A stretch of DNA of 53,840 nucleotides, from positions 1 through 53,840 of the IMG/VR virus record IMGVR_UViG_3300025671_000087. One strand, written 5' to 3'. The notes under the pieces were generated by a model, which had not been told where the DNA came from, did not search any database, and worked only from the letters and a program-made list of their open reading frames with translations. The DNA comes from a virus. Taxonomy: Duplodnaviria > Caudoviricetes. Shown here piece after piece: positions 7,121-16,631 of this stretch. How positions within the stretch are numbered: position 1 is the first letter of the stretch; each line of letters starts with the position of its first letter. The position numbers and the translations under genes were made by a program.

Positions 7121-7489
7121 ATGGCTAGAAATCTAACGGAGAAGCAGCAAAAATTTCTCGACGTATTGTTTGAGGAAGCTGGCGGAAATCTAGTTAAAGC
7201 TAAAAAGCTTGCTGGGTACGCAGATGCTGTAACTTCTCGTCAAGTAGCAGAGCCACTGGCAGATGAGATTGCGGATCTGACCAAGAAGTTTATTGCCTCT
7301 TCTTCAACCAAAGCTGCATACTCAATGTTTGAAATTATGAACAACCCGACAGATCTGGGAAATAAAGAAAAGATGGCAGCTGCAAAAGATGTCCTAGATC
7401 GTAGTGGTTTTGTGAAGACAGAGAAGGTAGAAGTCTCTGCAGCAAGCCCACTATTTATCCTGCCTCAAAAAGATAATGAAGATAACTAA
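7121..7489 (+). CDS. putative terminase small subunit (N-terminal HTH)
   Basis: LTEKQQKFL...AKKLAGY HTH-like start; AAKDVLDRSG; upstream of terL. Confidence 0.6.
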   Translation: MARNLTEKQQKFLDVLFEEAGGNLVKAKKLAGYADAVTSRQVAEPLADEIADLTKKFIASSSTKAAYSMFEIMNNPTDLGNKEKMAAAKDVLDRSGFVKTEKVEVSAASPLFILPQKDNEDN

Positions 7490-7895
7490 AACTTGGACAC
7501 TACCTAAACCTGAAAAAATTGGTGAGGAATATGTCTGGAAAGCCGCAGTCAGAGTTGGAAGACATGTTCCATTTGGCTATAGACAACATCCAGATGATCG
7601 TGATATACTCTTACCAATTCCAGAAGAATTAGAATTATTTGAAAAAGCTAAGGAGTTCTTGAAACGTTACAGTTATAGAGAAGTCTCTGCTTGGCTCAGT
7701 ACTCAATCTGGAAGATATATTTCCCACGTAGGATTATACAAGAGAGTTAAAATTGAGCAAAAACGTAAGACAGAAGCTTCAACTCAACGTTACCTCGCCC
7801 AAAGGTACAAAGAAGCCCTTGAAAAAGCCGAGAGGTTTGAAGGTAGACAGCTCGGTCAAAAAGACTACCTCGATACCAGCCCAACCGAAACCTGA
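7476..7895 (+). CDS. putative DNA-binding protein (recombinase-domain-like)
   Basis: VPFGY...YSYREVSAWL...ISHVGL pattern. Confidence 0.6.
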   Translation: MKITKTWTLPKPEKIGEEYVWKAAVRVGRHVPFGYRQHPDDRDILLPIPEELELFEKAKEFLKRYSYREVSAWLSTQSGRYISHVGLYKRVKIEQKRKTEASTQRYLAQRYKEALEKAERFEGRQLGQKDYLDTSPTET

Positions 7896-9318
7896 AGAAA
7901 TAGATTTTGAACAAGCTGCGCAAGAAGTTATCTTTGAGCCAAACCCTGGACCACAAACATCTTTCCTGGCAGCTACGGAGCAGGAAGTACTTTACGGAGG
8001 AGCAGCAGGTGGCGGTAAGTCGTATGCAATGGTTGCAGACCCAGTTAGGTACTTGGGTAACCCTAATGCACGAATGCTACTTGTTCGTCGTAGTACAGAA
8101 GAGCTTAGAGAACTTATATCGGTAAGTAAACAACTCTATCCAAAAGCTATCCCTGGGATCAAGTTTATGGAAAGAGATAAGACTTGGGTAGCTCCATCAG
8201 GTGCTACATTGTGGATGTCATATCTTGATAGAGATGATGACGTTATGCGATACCAAGGTCAAGCTTTTAACTGGATTGGCTTTGACGAACTTACACAATG
8301 GCCTAGCCCTTATGCATGGAACTACATGAGATCCCGTCTCCGTAGCACTAGGGCATCTGGATTGCCACTGTATATGAGAGCAACAAGCAACCCAGGTGGC
8401 CCTGGGCATCAGTGGGTAAAAAGAACGTTTATCGACCCTCAAACTCCGAATAAAGCGTTCCCTGCCACTGACGAAAACGGAAACGTGGTTACGTGGCCAA
8501 AAGGTCATAGTCGGGAGGGTGAGTCTCTATTCAAAAGAAAATTTATACCGGCCACCCTCTTCGACAACCCTTATCTTTCAGACGATGGTCTTTACGAAGC
8601 TAATCTTTTATCTCTGCCTGAACATCAAAGAAGACAACTTCTTGAAGGTGACTGGGACATAAATGAAGGTGCAGCTTTTCCAGAGTTTAACAGACGGGAC
8701 CACGTTATTGACCCGTATGACATACCAGGTAACTGGACACGGTTTAGAGCTTGTGACTATGGCTACGGGTCTCACACAGGAGTTCTTTGGTTCACGGTAG
8801 TTCCTGGATCAGAGCAACTGGTAGTCTACAGGGAGCTTTACGTATCTAAGGTCACAGCTACAGACTTAGCAGATATGATCTTGGATATCGAGAACGAGTC
8901 TAACGAGAAAATACGGTATGGAGTTCTTGACTCCTCTCTCTGGCATAATCGTGGTGATACTGGCCCCAGCCTAGCCGAGCAGATGATTATGAAGGGTTGT
9001 CGGTGGAGACCTTCAGATAGATCTAAAGGTTCTCGTGTAGCAGGTAAGAACGAATTACACAGACGTCTGCAGATAGATGAATTTACAGAAGAGCCTAGGT
9101 TAGTGTTCTTCAATACTTGTACAGACACAATCTCACAAATACCCAGTCTACCTTTGGATAAAAATAATCCTGAAGATGTAGACACACATGCAGAAGACCA
9201 CTTGTATGATGCTCTTAGATATGGTGTAATGACAAGGCCAAGAAGTAATATATTTGACTTTGATCCTGCATCGCAACGAACAGGCTTTCAAGCATCAGAT
9301 CCAACTTTCGGATATTAA
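7753..9318 (+). CDS. terL: terminase large subunit
   Basis: Walker A YGGAAGGGKS, Walker B IGFDELT, ATSNPGG, nuclease CDYG and DHLYDALRY; start codon uncertain. Confidence 0.95.
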   Translation: MSKNVRQKLQLNVTSPKGTKKPLKKPRGLKVDSSVKKTTSIPAQPKPEEIDFEQAAQEVIFEPNPGPQTSFLAATEQEVLYGGAAGGGKSYAMVADPVRYLGNPNARMLLVRRSTEELRELISVSKQLYPKAIPGIKFMERDKTWVAPSGATLWMSYLDRDDDVMRYQGQAFNWIGFDELTQWPSPYAWNYMRSRLRSTRASGLPLYMRATSNPGGPGHQWVKRTFIDPQTPNKAFPATDENGNVVTWPKGHSREGESLFKRKFIPATLFDNPYLSDDGLYEANLLSLPEHQRRQLLEGDWDINEGAAFPEFNRRDHVIDPYDIPGNWTRFRACDYGYGSHTGVLWFTVVPGSEQLVVYRELYVSKVTATDLADMILDIENESNEKIRYGVLDSSLWHNRGDTGPSLAEQMIMKGCRWRPSDRSKGSRVAGKNELHRRLQIDEFTEEPRLVFFNTCTDTISQIPSLPLDKNNPEDVDTHAEDHLYDALRYGVMTRPRSNIFDFDPASQRTGFQASDPTFGY

Positions 9319-9327
9319 GGATAAGAC

Positions 9328-11433
9328 ATGGAAGAAGAATTTGAATCAATGGAAATGGATATGGAAGAAGCTACTGCTATCGAAGACGTAGCAGAAGAAG
9401 ACTATTCTGATCCGTTGACAGGTCAGATTATCCAGTTCGTTAAGGATAAGTACAGTAAGGCTGAAACAGCTCGTCAATTAGACGAAGAACGTTGGATTCA
9501 ATCTTATCGTAACTATCGGGGTCTTTATGGCCCTGATGTACAGTTTACCTCTACAGAAAAATCCAGAGTCTTTGTTAAAATTACTAAAACAAAGGTTCTT
9601 GCTGCTTATGGGCAAATTGCAGAAGTACTATTCGGTGGTAATAAATTCCCTATTACCATTGATCCGACAGTTCTTCCTGACAATGTACCAGAGACAATTA
9701 GTTTTGAGACTAATCCACAGTTAAATCAAGCAAAAGAAGAATCTGGAGGCTTGAATGCAGGGGAAACTTTTCCCCAGTATATGCAACGTGTAGGTAGCCT
9801 ACAGAAAGATCTTGAACCTGTAGCAGACAAGGTTGAAGATAAGCCAGGAAAAACACCTAGCTCAATCCAACTTCATCCGGCAGAAATTTCAGCTAAGAAG
9901 ATGGAAAAGAAGATTCATGACCAACTAGAAGAATCTCATGCTAAAAAGCATTTACGTGCTGCTGCATTTGAATCGGCACTATTTGGTACTGGGATCATGA
10001 AAGGCCCATTTGCTGTCGATAAAGAGTATGCAAACTGGGATGAAGAGGGTAACTACACTCCAACTTTTAAAACAATTCCACAAACTACTTCTGTGTCTAT
10101 CTGGAACTTCTATCCAGATCCAGATGCTTCTACTATGGAAGAAGCTGAGTATGTAGTAGAACGTCACAAAATGTCTCGTTCACAATTACGTGCTTTAAAG
10201 AATCGTCCATACTTCCGTGAGAATGCTATCGACAATGCCCTCCGTCTTGGTGAAGACTACCGCAAAGAGTGGTGGGAACACATTATGGAAGATAACTCAG
10301 AAGAGGACAGAGCTGAACGTTTTGAAGTTCTGGAGTTCTGGGGTTTTGTAGATAGAGATATTATTGAAGATCAAGGGGTAGACATCCCTAAAGAGTTAAA
10401 AGATGCAGATCAATTAAGTGTAAATATCTGGGTTGCAAACGGACAAGTTATCCGTTTGGTAATGAATCCATTTACTCCTGCTTATATACCTTACTTTGCT
10501 GCACCTTACGAAATGAATCCATACAGTATTTTTGGCGTAGGTATTGCTGAAAACATGGATGACACACAAACACTTATGAATGGCTTTATGCGTATGGCAG
10601 TAGACAATGCTGCCCTATCTGGTAATTTGCTTATCGAGGTAGACGAGACTAATCTCGTCCCAGGGCAAGACCTCTCCGTGTATCCAGGCAAAGTGTTTAG
10701 GAGACAAGGAGGGGCACCTGGTCAAGCTATCTTCGGCACCAAGTTCCCTAACGTATCTAATGAAAATATGCAGATGTTTGATAAGGCTAGGGTTCTGGCT
10801 GATGAAAGTACTGGGTTCCCTTCTTTTGCACATGGTCAAACTGGCGTTTCGGGTGTGGGCAGAACGGCATCTGGTATTTCTATGCTCATGTCTGCTGCCA
10901 ATGGTTCTGTAAGAAACGTAGTCAAAAACATTGATGATTATCTCCTTGCCCCTTTAGGTAAAGCATTCTTCAACTTTAACATGCAGTTTGACTTTGACAC
11001 TGAAATTAAAGGTGACCTAGAAGTTAAGGCTCGTGGTACAGAAAGCTTGATGGCTAACGAAGTACGTAGCCAACGTCTTATGCAGTTTATGCAGGTTGTT
11101 TCTAATCCAGCTCTTGCACCCTTTGCTAAAATGGATTATATTGTTCGTGAAATTGCTAAGTCTATGGATCTTGATCCTGATAAGGTTGGCAACAATATGG
11201 CACAAGCAGCAATCCAAGCTGAGATCTTGAAGAAGTTCCAACAAGAGAATCCACCGCCAGCACCACCTCCAGGAGCACCAGGTCCACAAGGACAAGCCCC
11301 ACAGGGCCAAGGAGCAGCCCCTGGAGTGCAGGATACCGCAGGAGGCGGGGGTGGTAACATAGGAATAGGAACAGCCCCTCAGCCAGGAGAACAGGGCTTC
11401 TCAGGTAACACAGGACAAGGTCCAGTACAGTAA
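9328..11433 (+). CDS. portal protein
   Basis: 701-aa ORF after terL; FGTGIMK, SIWNFYPDP, FGVGIAE and RTASGISML motifs typical of podoviral portals. Confidence 0.9.
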   Translation: MEEEFESMEMDMEEATAIEDVAEEDYSDPLTGQIIQFVKDKYSKAETARQLDEERWIQSYRNYRGLYGPDVQFTSTEKSRVFVKITKTKVLAAYGQIAEVLFGGNKFPITIDPTVLPDNVPETISFETNPQLNQAKEESGGLNAGETFPQYMQRVGSLQKDLEPVADKVEDKPGKTPSSIQLHPAEISAKKMEKKIHDQLEESHAKKHLRAAAFESALFGTGIMKGPFAVDKEYANWDEEGNYTPTFKTIPQTTSVSIWNFYPDPDASTMEEAEYVVERHKMSRSQLRALKNRPYFRENAIDNALRLGEDYRKEWWEHIMEDNSEEDRAERFEVLEFWGFVDRDIIEDQGVDIPKELKDADQLSVNIWVANGQVIRLVMNPFTPAYIPYFAAPYEMNPYSIFGVGIAENMDDTQTLMNGFMRMAVDNAALSGNLLIEVDETNLVPGQDLSVYPGKVFRRQGGAPGQAIFGTKFPNVSNENMQMFDKARVLADESTGFPSFAHGQTGVSGVGRTASGISMLMSAANGSVRNVVKNIDDYLLAPLGKAFFNFNMQFDFDTEIKGDLEVKARGTESLMANEVRSQRLMQFMQVVSNPALAPFAKMDYIVREIAKSMDLDPDKVGNNMAQAAIQAEILKKFQQENPPPAPPPGAPGPQGQAPQGQGAAPGVQDTAGGGGGNIGIGTAPQPGEQGFSGNTGQGPVQ

Positions 11434-11624
11434 TGCACAACCTAAAGCCTTTAGTAAATGATAAAGCTCTGTGGGAATCTTTTCTTGCAGAGCTTAACAC
11501 CCGATTAGCTGAAGTCCATCGTCAGATGGAACAAGCAAACTCAGCAGAAGATCTGTACAGGCTACAAGGCCAAGCAGCTTGCCTTAATAAATTTAAGTAT
11601 CTTAGGGAAAAAGTAAATGGCTGA
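11433..11624 (+). CDS. small conserved post-portal protein
   Basis: LYRLQGQ motif; coupled to the portal gene. Confidence 0.75.
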   Translation: MHNLKPLVNDKALWESFLAELNTRLAEVHRQMEQANSAEDLYRLQGQAACLNKFKYLREKVNG

Positions 11625-14600
11625 GGTAGGTAAATCTACAAAGATTGACAAAGGTAAATTGGCCAGTCAAACTGAAGAAGCCCTAGGCTGGGCGGCAGAG
11701 GGTAAAAAGTTTGCAGATGCAAATCCAGTAAAAGTAGGAGAAAACCAAGAGTCTACTGCACTATCAATTGCTGACGTGCCAGTCTTTGATAGACCTATTG
11801 ATGCTAGTGAAAATGATAGGTGGACTGGTGTTCAAGATGAACTTGGTAATCGTCAATATAAAACTATATTCGGTAGAACTTACTTTGTAAGACCTGCAGA
11901 AGATCAAAGAAGTAATTACGAAAAGATACAACAGGATATTATTCCTGTTGTTAAAAGGTATTTAGACAACCCCACTGCCCCCTCTAGAGAGCAAACTATT
12001 AATTTTCTAAAAGAATCTTTAGGTGCTGCTTGGGAAACCTTTAAGATACCGGGTGATCTTGCCGCAGGTAACAAAGGTATGGAAGATGTTACACTAGGCA
12101 ACATCTTTGAGTTAGCTGGTGGTACAGGTGCTGCATCTACTGTAGGTAAAGTTCCTGGTGGGGACTCTTCTAATACAATGAGAGTCTTTGGTGGCCCTGG
12201 AGCAAGAGATTACCGAGGCCGTGCACTAGAAAAAGCTGCAAAAATGAAATCGGAAGGTGCTTCTGATGCAGAAATAGAAGAAATGACTGGTAGGGTTGCT
12301 ACAGCTGCTCCAGGATCAGAAATTTCTAAAGGTTTTTCATATCAATATAAATTTGAAATACCTGATGCAGAAATAAAAATAGAAAATCCAGTTGCAAATT
12401 ATGCAGATGGAAATGGTTTAACAGTCAAGGAAAGTTTAGAACAAGTCACTAATAAACCTGGTGAAGGTTTTAGCTTAGAATCTTTTATACCAAGTCATTC
12501 TGAATTATTTAGACAATACCCAGATATAAAAGACACTATTGTAAGCTTCACGGACGAGCCAGGTTATTTAGGTTTTTATGATTCCTCTAACAATTCTATA
12601 AATATAGCTACAGAACTTTTTGAAAAGGGTGTAAACAGTCCAGAATTCAGGTCAACTTTTTTTCATGAGTTACAACATGCTTTACAAGCAAAAGATTTTA
12701 TTGTAACCGGCATGGATTTTATTGCTAATAATAACATAGAAGCTATGAAAGTTTTAAGTGGATCAAGAAAAGATTCTCATGGAAAGAGCCTGTTTGAAAC
12801 ACATCTAAAAGATGATAAAAACTTGTTAAACACTCGAAGTGAGTTGCTAGCTCTCGGAGAAGAAATACTAAAAAATCCAAATTCAAAAAAACTTTCTGAA
12901 AAATTAGCTTATAAATATCAACAATTGCGAGATGAAGTATACTTAAACTATTTGAGGTATGGTAAAGAAGTTGAAGCCCGCATTGCAGGGGAAAGGGCAA
13001 CGGGTACAAAAGGTAGGTCTGTTGTTGAGGAGAAAGCTAATCAATTACCGGATAGAGTAGAGTTTGGGTCTAAGATAAATAAACCCCCTAATTTTTTAAA
13101 TAGGTTATCTAAAGCACTGGGCATGCGCCCAGCAAAAATGACTCCAAAGTATTTACAAAAAAATATTGACGAAGCTATGGATTTTATTACCTCTTACAAT
13201 GAGGCAGAAGACTATAGCCTTGCTAAGACTATGATGAAGTCTCTTGACAATCCAGAACCTAACTCTAGTCCTAACCAAATTAAAAGATACCGAGATGACA
13301 TTGACCCAGAAGTGTATGATGCTTTTGACGAGCTAGCAGAAATACAAAGAGGTGCTCCAGAACTGGCAATGACTTCTGCACAAAGGGTTTTACAGGGCGG
13401 GGTACTTAGCTACGCACTTGAGCACACTGGCGATCTTACACACAGGATGGCTGAAAAAGGTGGTGTATATGGGTCAGAGTATGTTAAACCAAAAGTTAAT
13501 AGGTTGCTTGACAGTTTAACAAGTGAGTACGGTTTTGAAAAAGAACACCTAGAAAACTTAAAAAATAGTGCACAGTTTAACTACGATAACCTTGGTAGAG
13601 GTACTAATCTATCTTTTGAGCAGTTCTATAAAGAGTACGTAGACAAAGCACAAGAGAAAATTAAAGCCTATGCAGAAGAACATAAAAAAGTTCCTGTGTA
13701 CAATGACATGCAATTAGCTGGACGAGAAGCTGCAATTGCAATAGGTGAAGGTAGATACACAGATGCTATAGAACATTTGTACACAATTAAAATGGCTATA
13801 GATGATGGTAGTTACTCTCAAAAAGCTATAGAATTTAATCCTAAAATAGACTTTCGAAAAAATTCAGATCAGGGATTTGCCCAAGGAGGCGAAGTAGGTA
13901 ATATGAGCATGAAAAAACAGATGTCACTCTTTGAGTATGGTGGAATTGCTGACGATGGCATGAATAAAGACCCAGTGTCCGGTAACAATGTACCTCCAGG
14001 TTCTCTTGCTAAAGAAGTACGAGATGATATTCCTGCTATGCTGTCGGAGGGTGAGTACGTAGTCCCTGCCGATGTCCTTCGTTACTACGGAGTAAATTTC
14101 TTTGAGAATCTACGTGGTCAAGCAAAACAGGGCTTGAACACTATGGAACAAAATGGTAGGATTGGTGGAACTCCAATGACGCAACAAGATGTTGCTCGTA
14201 ATATGCAACAACCTATGGCTCCTGCACCTGTCCAAGCTGCTCAAGGAGCTATGATGCAATCTCCAATGAGGGTTCAACAACAGCCAGCCCCTCAAGCTGT
14301 AGGTAATTCAGGGATTCCTACGCAAGGCTATGCTGGTGAGGATGGGTCTATAGTTTCTAGATGGAGTCCTGCAAGAGCACGTTACTCCTCTCCCATGTTT
14401 CAAGGTACGTCCTCACAACAGGCTAATATTCAAACAGCTCAAGAACAAGCAGCTACTGAATCAATTACTTACATGAGAACCCACTATAACCAGAATGGAG
14501 AATCTATTCAGGTTGCTTATGAAGGTACTGACCCAGCAAGTGCAACACCTAAAGCAGGGCAGGATCAACTCCTATCCGATTACCCACTTACCGAAGAAGA

Positions 14601-15441
14601 GTGGATAGCTTATAAGTCAGAGATGAGCAAAAATACTGGTGACGATGGTGGCTCAGGAGGTGGTGGAGACACTACTGTTTCTGGTGGTTCTGATACAAGC
14701 TGGATGGATGGAATTGACTTTGGTGACACAGCTTCTGTTAAAAAATGGGTAGAATCTGACGATGGTTTAGGTATGTCTGGAGGTGCAAGAGACCTTGCAG
14801 ATAGGGGGGTCATAGGATTAATACCACAGGGAATACAAGCTCAAGATATTGCTAAAGCAAGGGGTATTCGTAACTATTACGATAGCATAGGCGATACAGA
14901 GATGGTTGACTACCTAGATGGCAAGATTAAGGAAGCCGCAGCCGAAGGTGGGATATTATTTTCTGCTTTAGATAAGTTGGGTCTTTTAACTGGTAAATCT
15001 TACTTAGAGCAGATAAAATCCTTTGCACCTACTAGTTTAGATTTACAAAGGACATTTACTGCAGATCAAAGAAAAGAATTTACCGATACCTCTGGCGACA
15101 TGGTTAAAGATGAAGGTGGGGCTTCTGTTTACAAACCTGGTGGTATTGATGTTGCAATGTTGGATACTAGTGATGACGGTCCTGGACTTACTGCCGCAGA
15201 ACAACATGCGGTTAATACGTCGAGAGCTAGGGCTGCTGCAAGTACAGCAGCTACAGAAGCAGCTTTTGAAGCTGGTGCAAGCACAAATACTGCGGAAGAA
15301 ATTCAGGACTTTAAACAAAAAGTTGAAGAAGCAGGTGGTACTTGGGCTACAAGTGGACGTGCAGAAGGCGGTCTAATGACCACCCCCAAACCAAAGAAGA
15401 AAAGCAAACCTAAGAAGACAGGGCTTGCAGGTAAGAAATAA
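11617..15441 (+). CDS. large multidomain (polyvalent-type) protein with HExxH metallopeptidase/LPD23-like domain
   Basis: KFEIPD...H-x2-LFRQYP...GFYD...HELQHALQ...EVEAR; a later DDIPAMLSEGEYVVP domain; low-complexity linkers. Confidence 0.75.
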   Translation: MAEVGKSTKIDKGKLASQTEEALGWAAEGKKFADANPVKVGENQESTALSIADVPVFDRPIDASENDRWTGVQDELGNRQYKTIFGRTYFVRPAEDQRSNYEKIQQDIIPVVKRYLDNPTAPSREQTINFLKESLGAAWETFKIPGDLAAGNKGMEDVTLGNIFELAGGTGAASTVGKVPGGDSSNTMRVFGGPGARDYRGRALEKAAKMKSEGASDAEIEEMTGRVATAAPGSEISKGFSYQYKFEIPDAEIKIENPVANYADGNGLTVKESLEQVTNKPGEGFSLESFIPSHSELFRQYPDIKDTIVSFTDEPGYLGFYDSSNNSINIATELFEKGVNSPEFRSTFFHELQHALQAKDFIVTGMDFIANNNIEAMKVLSGSRKDSHGKSLFETHLKDDKNLLNTRSELLALGEEILKNPNSKKLSEKLAYKYQQLRDEVYLNYLRYGKEVEARIAGERATGTKGRSVVEEKANQLPDRVEFGSKINKPPNFLNRLSKALGMRPAKMTPKYLQKNIDEAMDFITSYNEAEDYSLAKTMMKSLDNPEPNSSPNQIKRYRDDIDPEVYDAFDELAEIQRGAPELAMTSAQRVLQGGVLSYALEHTGDLTHRMAEKGGVYGSEYVKPKVNRLLDSLTSEYGFEKEHLENLKNSAQFNYDNLGRGTNLSFEQFYKEYVDKAQEKIKAYAEEHKKVPVYNDMQLAGREAAIAIGEGRYTDAIEHLYTIKMAIDDGSYSQKAIEFNPKIDFRKNSDQGFAQGGEVGNMSMKKQMSLFEYGGIADDGMNKDPVSGNNVPPGSLAKEVRDDIPAMLSEGEYVVPADVLRYYGVNFFENLRGQAKQGLNTMEQNGRIGGTPMTQQDVARNMQQPMAPAPVQAAQGAMMQSPMRVQQQPAPQAVGNSGIPTQGYAGEDGSIVSRWSPARARYSSPMFQGTSSQQANIQTAQEQAATESITYMRTHYNQNGESIQVAYEGTDPASATPKAGQDQLLSDYPLTEEEWIAYKSEMSKNTGDDGGSGGGGDTTVSGGSDTSWMDGIDFGDTASVKKWVESDDGLGMSGGARDLADRGVIGLIPQGIQAQDIAKARGIRNYYDSIGDTEMVDYLDGKIKEAAAEGGILFSALDKLGLLTGKSYLEQIKSFAPTSLDLQRTFTADQRKEFTDTSGDMVKDEGGASVYKPGGIDVAMLDTSDDGPGLTAAEQHAVNTSRARAAASTAATEAAFEAGASTNTAEEIQDFKQKVEEAGGTWATSGRAEGGLMTTPKPKKKSKPKKTGLAGKK

Positions 15442-15484
15442 GGCTACCCAGCAATAATGCTGGCCCCAACATAAGGAAAATAAT

Positions 15485-16378
15485 ATGCCTGAACTAGCAG
15501 AAGTAGAAACACCAAAATCAGCAGGTTTTGTTGATCGAGGTTATAATTACGAAAGAAAACGTAGCCGTATCGAAAAAGAGGAAGAGGAGATTAAACGTCT
15601 TGAAGCTCAACAACGTGGCGAAGAATCCGGATCAATCGAAGAAGAAACCTCCGAAACGGAAGAGACCAATACAGAAGTTGAAGAAACAACGTTATCTGCA
15701 GAAGAAAGATCTTTTAAAAAAAGATATGGTGATTTAAGACGTCACATGCAAGAAAAAGAAAAGGAATGGAACGATAAGTTCGAAACCTTTGAAAAACGCA
15801 TGAAAAAAGAATCTATTGTTCCTCCTAAGTCTGATGAAGACATTGAACAATGGGCAAAAGAATATCCAGACGTAGCAGGTATTGTAGAAACAATTGCTGC
15901 TAAAAAAGCTCAAGAGATGTTTAATAAAGCAGATGCTAGGCTTCAAGAGTTGGATAAAGCACAGTTAGAGGCAGAACGGGTAAAAGCAGAGAATGCTATC
16001 CGTAAGTCTCACGATGATTTTGATGATCTACGTGCTTCAGATGAATTTCATAACTGGGCTGAAGAACAGCCTAAGTGGGTACAAGATGCACTATACGAGA
16101 ATGCAGATGATCCTGCCTCAGTAGTACGTGTCATTGATTTGTACAAAGGAGATAAAGGCCTTACTAAAACTGCAAAGAAAGCTAAGGCTAGGGATGCAGC
16201 TTCTACAGTCACAAGACGTACTAAGACGTCAGTGGATGTGGATGATGCAAACGACACTATTCGTGAGTCAGAAGTTGCAAAAATGTCCGACAAGGAATTT
16301 GAGCAAAGAGCTGATGAAATTAACAAAGCTATCCGTTCGGGTAAGTTTGTTTACGATGTATCTGGTAGAGCCAGATAA
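15485..16378 (+). CDS. capsid scaffolding protein
   Basis: Acidic coiled coil; FKKRYGDLRRH; position before the major capsid gene. Confidence 0.8.
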   Translation: MPELAEVETPKSAGFVDRGYNYERKRSRIEKEEEEIKRLEAQQRGEESGSIEEETSETEETNTEVEETTLSAEERSFKKRYGDLRRHMQEKEKEWNDKFETFEKRMKKESIVPPKSDEDIEQWAKEYPDVAGIVETIAAKKAQEMFNKADARLQELDKAQLEAERVKAENAIRKSHDDFDDLRASDEFHNWAEEQPKWVQDALYENADDPASVVRVIDLYKGDKGLTKTAKKAKARDAASTVTRRTKTSVDVDDANDTIRESEVAKMSDKEFEQRADEINKAIRSGKFVYDVSGRAR

Positions 16379-16382
16379 GCTG

Positions 16383-16410
16383 TTGACAAATACTAATTCA
16401 ACAGTATAAC
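16383..16410 (+). promoter_or_regulatory. promoter for the major capsid gene
   Basis: TTGACA-N16-TATAAC(T). Confidence 0.7.
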
Positions 16411-16414
16411 TATA

Positions 16415-16625
16415 GGCACAGAGACAAAAGCCTCATTTGACTACCTTTTGTCTCGGCCAAATTCCACAAAAGTCTAAACTAAAAAGAACTACCTGTTTAA
16501 GTATAGGCCCACTTACTCTAGACCGTATAATTGATCATTATACTCTAGACCGTAAGTGCACCCTAGAAAAATAACAGCCTCTTTAAGGTGTTTAGCTTCG
16601 TTTATAAGCCAAATATCATGGAGGA
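16415..16625 (+). ncRNA. structured cis-regulatory leader of the capsid mRNA
   Basis: Stems 16421-16430/16445-16454 and 16510-16558; outer CTAAAC/GTTTAG pairing. Confidence 0.55.
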
Positions 16626-16631
16626 TTTCAA

